This document shows positions 44,818-53,580 of a stretch of 64,000 bases of DNA, piece by piece. Numbering within the stretch: position 1 is the first letter of the stretch; every line of letters starts with the position of its first letter. The notes under the pieces were generated by a model. That model had not been told where the DNA came from, made no database searches, and worked only from the letters and a program-made list of their open reading frames with translations. The translations under genes were made by a program, and so were the position numbers. Source of the stretch: Dehalococcoidia bacterium (GTDB lineage: Bacteria; Chloroflexota; Dehalococcoidia; UBA2979); NCBI GenBank assembly GCA_965200555.1, contig OZ241365.1:1768442-1832441 (forward strand), given 5' to 3'.

Positions 44818-45756
44818 TCAGGCGGGGGCGGCGGCGCGCGAGTAGACCGGCGTCAGCCACTCGGCGTACTGCGGGAGGCGGCCCGTGATCGCCCGGAAGT
44901 AGCGCTCCTGCAGCTGCTTCGTGACCGGGCCGGGCCGCCCGTCGCCGATCGGCACGCGGTCGATCTCGGTGACGGGGGTGACGTGGGCGGCGGTGCCGGT
45001 CATGAACACCTCGTCCGCGATGTAGAGCTCGGTGCGGTCGATCGTGCGCGCCTGCACCTCGAGGCCGAGTTCCTCGCCCGCCATCCGCAGCACGGTTTCG
45101 AGCGTGATGCCCTCGAGGATGTTGTCCTGCGGGCCGGGCGTGACGAGCCGGCCGTGGCGCAGGATCGCGATGTTCTCGCCGGAGCCCTCGGAGACGTGGC
45201 CGTCGGGGTTGAGCAGGATCGCCTCGTCGAAGCCGGAGAGCTGGGCCTCGGTCTTGGCGAGGGCGTTGTTGACGTAGAGGCCGTTCACCTTCGCCCGCGC
45301 CGGGATCGAGGTGTCGTCCACGCGCCGCCACGACGAGGTGACGCAGCGCGCCCCCTCGTCCGGGTCGAGGTAGGCCCCGAACGGCGCCACGTAGAGCAGG
45401 AAGTCGTCCTCGAGGTCGTGCAGCCGCACCCCCAGCGCCTCGCTCGACTTGTAGACGATGGGCCGGACGTACACGTCCTCCTCGAAGCCGGAGCGCTCCA
45501 CCAGCCGCTCGACGAGCGACACGATCTCGTCGTCGCCGAGGGGCAGGCCGAGGCGCATGATCTTGGCGCTCTGGCGCAGCCGCACGACGTGGTCGCGCAC
45601 GCGGAAGAGGTAGAGTTCGCGCTGCTCGCCGTTCCAGTTGCCGCGGATGCCCTCGAACACGGCGGTGCCGTAGTTGAAGGCGTGGGTCATCACGCCGATC
45701 CGGGCCTCGGCCAGCGGCATGAACTCGCCGCGAAGATACGCCATCGGTGTCGCCAT
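44818..45756 (-). CDS. ilvE: Branched-chain amino acid aminotransferase
   Basis: Fold-type IV aminotransferase blocks (AFNYGTAVFEGIRG..., EAILLNPDGHVSEGSGENI..., GITLETV..., FMTGTAAHVTPV). The ATG at 45756 is internal to the listed 503-aa ORF. Confidence 0.9.
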   Translation of the reverse strand: MATPMAYLRGEFMPLAEARIGVMTHAFNYGTAVFEGIRGNWNGEQRELYLFRVRDHVVRLRQSAKIMRLGLPLGDDEIVSLVERLVERSGFEEDVYVRPIVYKSSEALGVRLHDLEDDFLLYVAPFGAYLDPDEGARCVTSSWRRVDDTSIPARAKVNGLYVNNALAKTEAQLSGFDEAILLNPDGHVSEGSGENIAILRHGRLVTPGPQDNILEGITLETVLRMAGEELGLEVQARTIDRTELYIADEVFMTGTAAHVTPVTEIDRVPIGDGRPGPVTKQLQERYFRAITGRLPQYAEWLTPVYSRAAAPA

Positions 45757-45928
45757 CTGCGCCGTCCGTTCCCGGGGCGGGGCGCGCCCCCGCGTCCGGC
45801 GATGATAGGACTCGCGCGATCCGCGCGGCAACCGCCCCGTCCCGCTCCCCGCCGGGGCGCTATGCTGCGCCGGTACGCGCCCCCCGAACGGCGCGAGGGC
45901 GCGGCCCGCGCGGGGAGGAGGCCACGGG

Positions 45929-46774
45929 ATGTCGAGGCTCAGCGAGACCTTCGCGATCGGCGCGCTGGAGGTGGCCGCGCTGAGCGACGGCGCGCCCGAC
46001 CGCGAGCTGTCCGGCTTCTTCTCCGGCGCCGACCCCGCCGAGTGGACGCGCGCCGTCGGCGTCGCCTCGCCCTCGGACCCCGTGCCGTTCAACTTCGGCT
46101 CGTTCCTGATCCGCGGCGGCGGCCCGCTCACCCTCGTCGACACCGGCTTCGGCCCGCCCGCCCGCGCGATGGGCGTGCCCGGCGGCGGCGGCCTGCTCGA
46201 CCGCCTCGCCGAACTCGGCGTCGCGCCCGCCGACGTCGAGGCCGTCGTCCACACCCACCTCCACGGCGACCACGTCGGCTGGAACGTCGACGACGACCGC
46301 GGCGACGCGCTCGTCTTCACGAACGCCACCCACTACGTCGCCCGCGCCGAGCTCGACTACTGGACCGGCCCCGAGGCCGACGCCAACCCGCTCGCCGCCG
46401 AGGCCCGCCGCCGCATCGGCCCCCCGCTCGCCGCCGGCCGCGTCGAGGCCGTCGAGGGCGAGTACGCCGTCACCGCCGCCGTGACGATGATCCCGACGCC
46501 GGGCCACACGCCCGGCCACTGCAGCGTGCTGGCCGCCTCGGACGGCGAGCACCTGCTGCTGCTCGGCGACGCCGCCCACCACCCCGTGCACCTCGAACGC
46601 CACGACTGGCTGCCGGAGGTGGACCTCGACAAGGCGGAGTCGGGCCGCTCGCGCGCGAAGCTGGCGCGCCTCGCCGCCGAGCGCGGCGCCGTCGTCAGCG
46701 GCGGCCACTTCCCGATCCTCACCCTCGGCCGCGTCCGCGAGACCGCCGCCGGCTACCGCTGGGAGCCGCTGTAG
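45929..46774 (+). CDS. MBL-fold metallo-hydrolase
   Basis: HTHLHGDHVG motif (HxHxDH), with downstream His/Asp ligands (TPGHTPGH..., GGHF). Confidence 0.8.
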   Translation: MSRLSETFAIGALEVAALSDGAPDRELSGFFSGADPAEWTRAVGVASPSDPVPFNFGSFLIRGGGPLTLVDTGFGPPARAMGVPGGGGLLDRLAELGVAPADVEAVVHTHLHGDHVGWNVDDDRGDALVFTNATHYVARAELDYWTGPEADANPLAAEARRRIGPPLAAGRVEAVEGEYAVTAAVTMIPTPGHTPGHCSVLAASDGEHLLLLGDAAHHPVHLERHDWLPEVDLDKAESGRSRAKLARLAAERGAVVSGGHFPILTLGRVRETAAGYRWEPL

Positions 46775-46787
46775 CCGCGCGCGAGGC

Positions 46788-49721
46788 TCAGGAGGGGCGC
46801 GTCGACTTGCCGCCGTGCACCGTCGGCTCCGCGCACCACTGGCGGCGCAGCGCCCCGAGCGGTTCGAGCACGGCCTCCGGCAGCCCCAGCAGCTCGACGA
46901 GCACCGCGCGGTCGAGCGCCTGCCGCGCCGGGTCGCGGTACGCCTCGTTGGCGGGCAGGAACTCGCGATCGGCGAACGCCTCGAAGATCGCCGCCGCGTC
47001 GCCGAGCTGCGCCTCGCTCAGCGCGCGCACGTCGAGCGCGGGCAGCGACGGCAGCGCCGAGATGGTGATCCGCGCCCGCCCCATGTGCTGACGAGTCCCC
47101 GTCCACCAGAACGCGATCAGCCCGAGCGTCGTGTTGGCCCACAGCGCCAGCGCCTCCTCGCGGCGCGGGTCGCCCTCGACGCGGAAGTTGGGCCACGCCG
47201 TGCCGCCGATCGAGCGCTCCGGCGTGATGCAGGCCGCGAGGCTTTGGGACGCAAGCCCGAAGTCGCGATTGACGTGGAGCCGCGTCGCCGTCTCCCACAC
47301 CGTGATGGCCTGGTCGCGACGGCCCGGACGCACGCGCCCTTCGCGATCGGGCTCCACGGTCAGGCGGCGCTCGCGATCCGTCGCATGAGACCAAAGCATC
47401 GGGTAGGAAGCTGTGCCGCGTCGCCTGATCGCGTCGAAGGGGCCTCCTGCCTTGCCGGTGATCTGCATGTCGTGGAGGCCTTTCTCGCCCAGTGCGCCGA
47501 TCGGCGCGATCGGGACGGGCAACGCCTCCCGCAGGCGCGGCAGCTGCAGCATCCCGCCGCGCAAGGCCATCGCCGCTTCCGCGACATCGGTTTCGCGCAC
47601 CTGCGCGCATCCGCCGTCGGCGAGCGTGGCCCGGACGAAGACCCCCGCGATCTCGTCGCCGGCCCGCAGCAGGCCGGCGCGGTCGTCCGGCGCGTCATGG
47701 ACGAGGCCTCCGATTGCCGCGCCCTCGGCGATGCTGCGGGGGCGGGCGTACAGGTTGGCGTAGAGCGCCTCTGCCTCCGCGACTCCCGCCACGGCAGGCT
47801 CGTCCCGCTTCGTGGCGAGGACCAGCGCCTCGCCAATCGTCGTGTCGGCGGAGAAAGCGCGGGCGGTCTGTCCGGTGGAGGCGATGGTCACCACCGTCAC
47901 GCCCCGATAGTGTTTCGCCAGCAGGTCCCGCGCGGCGGACCACGCCTCGCCCGCCACGACCGTGACCGGCAGCACCAGCGCGAGCACGCCGCCCGGCTTG
48001 ACCTTCGCGTGGGCGAGATCGATGAAGTTCGAAGCCAGGCCCGCGTACCCGTGGCCGGCCACGTCGGTCAGCTGGCGGCGGATGCCGCGGAGCGTCTCCG
48101 CCATCGCCCGCTGCTCGTCCTCGCTGGTGTCGAAGCCGGCGAACGACGAGACGGGTACGGGCCTGCCGTCGATCTCGCCTTCGTGCCCGAGCGGGCGCGT
48201 GAACGGCGGGTTCATGATCACGAGGTCGGCGGACTCGCGCGGCAGCCGGATCTCGTCGCCGCGCTGCGTGTAGTCGCCGACCTCCACCGCCTCGCCGCCG
48301 CCGGTCAGCACGTGCTCGCCGGTGCCGAACAGCGAGGGCTGCGCGTCGCTGGCGATGAGGTCGAGCGAGCCGATGGCGGCGGGGCGGCCCGTGGCCTCCT
48401 CCTGCCGGCCGTAGGGCATCGTGTGGACGCGGGTGCGTCCGAACGTCACCGCCGGGTGCGCGCCCGACAGCATCGAGGCCGTCAGGTGCGTGGCGGCGGG
48501 CATGATGTCGGCGCCGATCAGCGCCTCCTCCATCATCGCACGGTGCAGCGGCTCGTCGTCGCCGCCGGCGCGGCGGTGACGGGCGGCGATGGCGCGGTAG
48601 GCGGCCGACAGCAGGACGCCGGTGCCGCAGGCGAGGTCGGCGACGCGCAGCCCCGTCACCGCCTCGGGGCGGCCCCAGTCCGCGTCCAGCCTCGACACCG
48701 CGAGTTCGGCGAGCAGCGCCGACGACGTGGGCAGCGTGTAGAACGTGGCGAGGAACTTGCGGTCGGTGATCAGCCGCCCGAACATCTGGCCCGCGAGGTC
48801 CTGCGTGCTGGTCACGCCGATCCCGTCCAGCTCGTCCGCGACGGCGCGCAGGCGCTCCAGCACGGCCGCCGCCACGCCCGGCCGGATCGGCCGCAGCACG
48901 TCCGAGGCGATGCGGAAGATCGGCCAGTAGTTGACCTCGGCGAGGATGTAGCGCCACGTTTCCAGCACGCGGTCCTTCGACATCCGGCCGAGCTCGCCGC
49001 GCAGTTCGCCGATCGGGGGGAGGCCGTAGGGACCCGCGAGGCCGGCGTGGAACGTGAGCGCGTTGGCGACGATCGCCATCGCCATCCGCGAGGTCTGCTC
49101 GCCGTCCTCCTGCCGCAGCGCCGCGGCGATGCTCGCCCGCGTATACGGCTGGTCCTCCAGACCGGCGCGCAGCCGCGCGGCGGCCTGCCGCACGCCCTCC
49201 TCGAGGATACGCATCCCCTCCTCGATGCGGCGCTCGGAGAGCGAGGCCTGCTCGATCAGGCCAGCCAGCGCGTCGACGCCGCCGTGCAGCCAGCCGGAGC
49301 GCGGCCAGCGCTCCGGGTCGGCGGGCTCGCCCTCGCGGTGCGTGAAGACGCAGTAGCCGAACCCGGCTCCGGCGATGCGCGCGGCGAGGGCCGCCTGGTC
49401 GCCGCGCAGCGAGAGCGGCGCGCGCACGGCGATCGCCTGCTCGACCGCCTCGCCGTCCGCGTCCACGATCGCGCCGAGGCGGGCGCGCGCGTCGTCCTCG
49501 ACGGTCGCGGCGGGCTCCCACTCGGTCTCGACGACGACGGGCGCGCCGCCGGGGTGGCGGATCACGATGTCGGGGCGCTCGGCGGGATGGCCGCGCAGGA
49601 CGCCGGTCTGCTCCGCGCCGATGCGCCCCGGCTCGCGCCAGCGGGGGTGCTTGCCGCGCAGCGCCTCGGCGAGCGCGGGGTTGAACGCGGGTTCGCTGGT
49701 GCGCGGCATCGCCGCCAGCAT
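46788..49721 (-). CDS. Large (977 aa) gamma-class N6-adenine DNA methyltransferase-domain protein; candidate Type IIG/IIL restriction-modification enzyme or solitary MTase
   Basis: SAM motif I VADLACGTGVLL (about aa 360) and motif IV LVIMNPPFTRP (about aa 520), in gamma order. There is a roughly 350-aa N-terminal domain and a roughly 450-aa C-terminal putative target-recognition domain. No separate REase, S or helicase genes are nearby. Confidence 0.75.
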   Translation of the reverse strand: MLAAMPRTSEPAFNPALAEALRGKHPRWREPGRIGAEQTGVLRGHPAERPDIVIRHPGGAPVVVETEWEPAATVEDDARARLGAIVDADGEAVEQAIAVRAPLSLRGDQAALAARIAGAGFGYCVFTHREGEPADPERWPRSGWLHGGVDALAGLIEQASLSERRIEEGMRILEEGVRQAAARLRAGLEDQPYTRASIAAALRQEDGEQTSRMAMAIVANALTFHAGLAGPYGLPPIGELRGELGRMSKDRVLETWRYILAEVNYWPIFRIASDVLRPIRPGVAAAVLERLRAVADELDGIGVTSTQDLAGQMFGRLITDRKFLATFYTLPTSSALLAELAVSRLDADWGRPEAVTGLRVADLACGTGVLLSAAYRAIAARHRRAGGDDEPLHRAMMEEALIGADIMPAATHLTASMLSGAHPAVTFGRTRVHTMPYGRQEEATGRPAAIGSLDLIASDAQPSLFGTGEHVLTGGGEAVEVGDYTQRGDEIRLPRESADLVIMNPPFTRPLGHEGEIDGRPVPVSSFAGFDTSEDEQRAMAETLRGIRRQLTDVAGHGYAGLASNFIDLAHAKVKPGGVLALVLPVTVVAGEAWSAARDLLAKHYRGVTVVTIASTGQTARAFSADTTIGEALVLATKRDEPAVAGVAEAEALYANLYARPRSIAEGAAIGGLVHDAPDDRAGLLRAGDEIAGVFVRATLADGGCAQVRETDVAEAAMALRGGMLQLPRLREALPVPIAPIGALGEKGLHDMQITGKAGGPFDAIRRRGTASYPMLWSHATDRERRLTVEPDREGRVRPGRRDQAITVWETATRLHVNRDFGLASQSLAACITPERSIGGTAWPNFRVEGDPRREEALALWANTTLGLIAFWWTGTRQHMGRARITISALPSLPALDVRALSEAQLGDAAAIFEAFADREFLPANEAYRDPARQALDRAVLVELLGLPEAVLEPLGALRRQWCAEPTVHGGKSTRPS

Positions 49722-49794
49722 ACCGCGCGGCTTGCGAGGCGTCCGCCGGCGCTCGCCGCTGGCGCGCGGGGCGGGGGCGTGACAGCCTCGGGCG

Positions 49795-50622
49795 GTGGAG
49801 GACTACCTGCTCGCGGCGGCGCTCGGCCTCGTGCAGGCGCTGACCGAGTTCCTGCCGATCTCCTCGTCCGGGCACCTCGCGGTCGCGGGCGAGGTCGCGG
49901 GGGGCGAGGTCCGCGGCCTCACCTTCGACGTGGGGCTGCACCTCGGCACGACGGCGGCGGTGCTGGCGTACTTCCGGCGCGACTGGGCGCTGATCGCCGC
50001 GTCGGCGTGGCGCGACGCGCGCGCGCACGGAGGCGCGGTGCGGCGCTGGCGCTGGCGCTCGCGGCTGGGGCTGCTGCTCGCGCTCGGCTCGCTGCCCGCC
50101 GCCGCCGCGGGCGCGGCGCTCGAACTCGCCGCCGACGGCGGGCCGCGCAGCCCGCCCGTGGTGGGCGCGGCGCTGATCGCGGGCGGCGCGCTGATGTGGG
50201 CGATCGACGCCCGCGCGCGCGCGGGCGGCGGCCTGCGCGCCGTCGACGCCCCCCGCGCGCTCGCCGTCGGCGCGGCCCAGGCCGTCGCGCTCGTCCCCGG
50301 CGTCTCGAGGTCGGCGGCGACGATCTCGGCGGGGCGCGCGCTCGGCCTCGACCGCACCGCCGCCGCCCGCTTCTCGTTCCTGCTCTCCGCGCCCGTCACG
50401 CTCGGCGCCGGCGCCGTGCTCGTGCGCGAGGCCGCCCGGCGGCCGGACGAGGTGGCGTGGGGGCCGATGCTGCTCGGCGCCGCCGTGGCCGCGCTCGCCG
50501 GCCTGCTCGCGATCGGCTGGCTGCTGCGCTTCCTGCGCCGCCGCGGCCTGCGCGTCTTCGCGTGGTACCGCATCGCCCTCGGCGCCGCCGTGCTCGCCGC
50601 CGTCCAGGCCGGCGCGCTCTGA
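49795..50622 (+). CDS. uppP: Undecaprenyl-diphosphate phosphatase
   Basis: LTEFLPISSSGHL..., ALVPGVSRSAATI..., and a polytopic hydrophobic profile are present. GTG start. Confidence 0.85.
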   Translation: MEDYLLAAALGLVQALTEFLPISSSGHLAVAGEVAGGEVRGLTFDVGLHLGTTAAVLAYFRRDWALIAASAWRDARAHGGAVRRWRWRSRLGLLLALGSLPAAAAGAALELAADGGPRSPPVVGAALIAGGALMWAIDARARAGGGLRAVDAPRALAVGAAQAVALVPGVSRSAATISAGRALGLDRTAAARFSFLLSAPVTLGAGAVLVREAARRPDEVAWGPMLLGAAVAALAGLLAIGWLLRFLRRRGLRVFAWYRIALGAAVLAAVQAGAL

Positions 50623-50668
50623 CGCCGCGGCCGCGCGCTACGATGGGGCGCGAACGGAGCACGACGCG

Positions 50669-51460
50669 ATGACGCACGCCGACGCCGCGCCCGACGCACC
50701 CGCCGCCGCTGCGCCCGGCGCCCTCGCCGGGCGCAAGGCGCTCGTCGTCGGCGTGGAGACGGCGGCGGGGGGCGCGATCGCCTCGGCGCTCGGCGCGGCG
50801 GGGGCCGATGTGGCGCTGGCCGTGCTGCGGCCCGACGAGGGCGTGCTGGCGGCGCGCCGCATCCAGCGCGAGCTGCGCGCGCTGGGCCGCGCGGCCTACA
50901 CCTACGCGCTGGACGCGACGCTCGGCCAGAACGCGAAGGTCACGACGCGGCAGGTGGCGAAGGAGCTGGGCGGCCTCGACCTCGTGGTCAGCGCCGCCGA
51001 CGCGCCGCTGGCCGGCCCGCTCGCGCGCACCTCGGAGGCGCAGCTGGGGCAGGCGATGGCGCTCAACTGCCACGCCCACGCCTGGGTCGCGCGCGCCGCC
51101 TTCGACGAGTTCCGCCGCGGCGGGCGCGGCTGCCTGCTGATCGTCACGCACGTGCTCGGCGAGCGGCCCGCGCCCGGCGCGGGCGCCTACGCGCTCGCCT
51201 GCGCCGCCGCGATCGGCCTCGGACGCGCGCTCGCCGCCGAGCACGCCGCGCCCGGCCTCGCCGCCGTCACGCTGCTGCGGGGGGCCGCCGCGTTCGACCC
51301 CTCGGCCGTCGCCGCCGACGGCGGCGGCCTCGAGGCCGCGATCGCGGGCGCCGACGCCGCCGAGGCCCCGGCGCTCGCCCGCCTCGCCACGGAGGCCGCC
51401 GCCAGCCCGCCCGAGGCGGTGACGGGCCGCGTGCTCTCCGCCGCCGCGGACGCGCCGTGA
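50669..51460 (+). CDS. SDR-like Rossmann-fold protein with degenerate glycine motif (possibly non-catalytic)
   Basis: LAGRKALVVGVETAAGGAIASALGAAGADVALAV resembles the SDR N-terminus but lacks a clean TGxxxGIG and YxxxK. Its stop overlaps the GTG of the next gene (GTGA). Confidence 0.5.
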   Translation: MTHADAAPDAPAAAAPGALAGRKALVVGVETAAGGAIASALGAAGADVALAVLRPDEGVLAARRIQRELRALGRAAYTYALDATLGQNAKVTTRQVAKELGGLDLVVSAADAPLAGPLARTSEAQLGQAMALNCHAHAWVARAAFDEFRRGGRGCLLIVTHVLGERPAPGAGAYALACAAAIGLGRALAAEHAAPGLAAVTLLRGAAAFDPSAVAADGGGLEAAIAGADAAEAPALARLATEAAASPPEAVTGRVLSAAADAP

Positions 51461-53415
51461 GCGCCGCGGGCGGCCTCGCCCGCCTTAGCGCCGCGCTGGC
51501 GCTGCTGCTCGTGCTGTCCACCGCCTGCGGGGGCGGCGCGCCGGACGGCGGCGGCGGGCAGGCCGGGCCGTCCGTTCCCTCGCCGGGGCTGACGCAGGCC
51601 GGCGCGGCGGCGCTGATCGCGGTCGGCGAATCCCACGTCTGCGACCTGCGGCGGGACGGGACGATCGTCTGCCGGGGCAACGTCCACGGGGGATGGCCGG
51701 ACGGCGGGGGGTGGGTGCGGATCACGTCGGGGCGAGACTTCTCCTGCGCGCTGCGCGGCGACGGAACCCTCGCCTGCTGGGGCGTCGGCGCCCACGGCGA
51801 GACCGATCCGCCGGACGGGAGGTTCGCTTCCGTGGACGCGGGGCGGCGTCACGCCTGCGCCCTCGACGCCGCCGGCTTCGCGACGTGCTGGGGCCGCGAC
51901 GACGACGGCCGGACGGCGGCGCCTCCTGACGTAGCGTTCGCCTCGATCGGGGCGGGCGACGCCCACGGCTGCGGCCTGACGCCCGGCGGCGAGCTGCGCT
52001 GCTGGGGCGCCAACGGGGACGGACAGGCCGAGCCGCGCCCCGGCCCCTTCCGCGCGCTGGCCGTCGGCGCGCGCCACACCTGCGCGCTGCGAGGCGACGG
52101 GACCGCCTTCTGCCAGGGTTCGGACGGGGACGGCGAGGCCAGCCCGCCGGACACGGCGTTCCTCGCGATCGCCGCCGGCGACGGGCGGACCTGCGGGATC
52201 GCCGCCGGAGGCTCGCTGACGTGCTGGGGCCGCGGCCGGCCGCTCGCGCCGGAGGGCGCGTTCGCGTCGGTCAGCGTCGGACGGTACGAGACCTGCGCCG
52301 TGCGGACGGACGGCCGCGCCGAGTGCTGGCCCCACGGGCCGTCGCCGGACGGCGGGGGCGTGCGCGCAGAGCTCGCGCTGGCGGGCCGCGACCTCGATCA
52401 GCCGGTCGAGCTGTTCCCGTGGCCGGGCGGCGGCCTCGCCGTGGCGGACCGCAGCGGCTACGTCGACGTCTACGCCCCGGACGGGGCGGAGCCGCGGCGG
52501 GCGCTCGACCTGACCGGCCTGATCGCGACCGCCTGTTGCGACCTCGAAAGCGGGCTGCTCAGCGCGGCGCCGGACCCGGAGTTCGGGGCGTTCCCGTACC
52601 TCTACGTCTACTGGACGGCGGACGCGGTCGGCGAAGCGGACATGGCCGCGGCGCGACTCTCCCGCTTCCCGGTCGCCGGCGGGCGGGCCGTGCGCGAGGA
52701 CGAGCTGGTCATCCTCGACATCCCCCTGGCGAGGAAACACTTCGGGGGCGCCGTCCGCTTCGGCCCGGACGGGATGCTGTACCTGTCGCTGGGTGATCTG
52801 GGCAGCATAGAGGACGCGCAGGACCCGGGCACGCTGGGAGGGACGATCGTCCGCATCGACGTGCGGGGCGCGACGGCGCAACGGCCCTACCGCGTCCCGG
52901 ACGACAACCCGTTCGCCGCGTCGCCGGACGCGCGGCCCGAGATCTGGGCCTACGGCCTCCGCAATCCCTGGCGGATGCACTTCGGGCCGGACGGCCGCCT
53001 GTGGGTCGGCGACGTGGGCCAGAACTCGTTCGAGGAGGTGTCGATCGCCTCGGCGGGCGCGAACCTCGGCTGGCCCGCCGCCGAGGGCGACGCCTGCTAC
53101 TGGGGCGAAGACGTCTGCGCGTCCACGACGCCGCCGGCGGCGGCCTACGGCCACACCGAAGGGAACTGCGCGGTCGTCGGCGGCCTCGCGCTGCCCGAAC
53201 CCGACGGCAGGTACGTGTTCGCCGACTTCTGCAGCGGCAGGGTGTGGGCGCTGGAAGGCGGCGACGGGGACTGGCGGATGCGGGAGCTGCTGGACCTGCC
53301 GCTGTCCGTCAGCTCGTTCGGGCGCGGCCACGACGGCGAGGTGTACGTGCTCACCTTCCGCGGCCCCGCGCTCCGGCTGGCGATCGGGCCCGGCGCCGGT
53401 GAGGCCTCGCCCTGA
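51457..53415 (+). CDS. Lipoprotein: about 7 RCC1-like repeats fused to a C-terminal soluble glucose/sorbosone dehydrogenase-like (SGDH/PQQ-dependent) beta-propeller
   Basis: Signal peptide + lipobox (LVLSTAC). Repeated H.C.L..DG...CWG blades are present (HVCDL, FSCALRGDGTLACWG, HACAL..FATCWG, HGCGL..LRCWG, HTCAL, RTCGI..LTCWG, ETCAV). The C-terminal YGLRNPWRMHFGPDGRLWVGDVGQNSFEEVS...GANLGWP is the SGDH family signature. Confidence 0.8.
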   Translation: MSAAGGLARLSAALALLLVLSTACGGGAPDGGGGQAGPSVPSPGLTQAGAAALIAVGESHVCDLRRDGTIVCRGNVHGGWPDGGGWVRITSGRDFSCALRGDGTLACWGVGAHGETDPPDGRFASVDAGRRHACALDAAGFATCWGRDDDGRTAAPPDVAFASIGAGDAHGCGLTPGGELRCWGANGDGQAEPRPGPFRALAVGARHTCALRGDGTAFCQGSDGDGEASPPDTAFLAIAAGDGRTCGIAAGGSLTCWGRGRPLAPEGAFASVSVGRYETCAVRTDGRAECWPHGPSPDGGGVRAELALAGRDLDQPVELFPWPGGGLAVADRSGYVDVYAPDGAEPRRALDLTGLIATACCDLESGLLSAAPDPEFGAFPYLYVYWTADAVGEADMAAARLSRFPVAGGRAVREDELVILDIPLARKHFGGAVRFGPDGMLYLSLGDLGSIEDAQDPGTLGGTIVRIDVRGATAQRPYRVPDDNPFAASPDARPEIWAYGLRNPWRMHFGPDGRLWVGDVGQNSFEEVSIASAGANLGWPAAEGDACYWGEDVCASTTPPAAAYGHTEGNCAVVGGLALPEPDGRYVFADFCSGRVWALEGGDGDWRMRELLDLPLSVSSFGRGHDGEVYVLTFRGPALRLAIGPGAGEASP

Positions 53416-53454
53416 CGCCGCGCCCCTCGCCCCGATGCGCGGCGCCGGGCCGGC

Positions 53455-53499
53455 GCGCGTTCCCGATCGTGAACAGCCGCCCGTATGCTGGGCGCGCCG
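53455..53499 (+). repeat. 44-bp direct repeat, left copy (gcgcgttcccgatcgtgaacagccgcccgtatgctgggcgcgcc) flanking LRR-B
   Basis: It matches 54707..54750 with 2 mismatches. The two copies bracket the LRR-B gene and its 5'UTR. Confidence 0.8.
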
Positions 53500-53580
53500 A
53501 TGGCCGCGGGCGTCCCTACCGGGTAGCCTCTGCCTGCGCCGCGAGGAGGCGCCCTCATCGCGAACGGGAAGACCGCGGGA

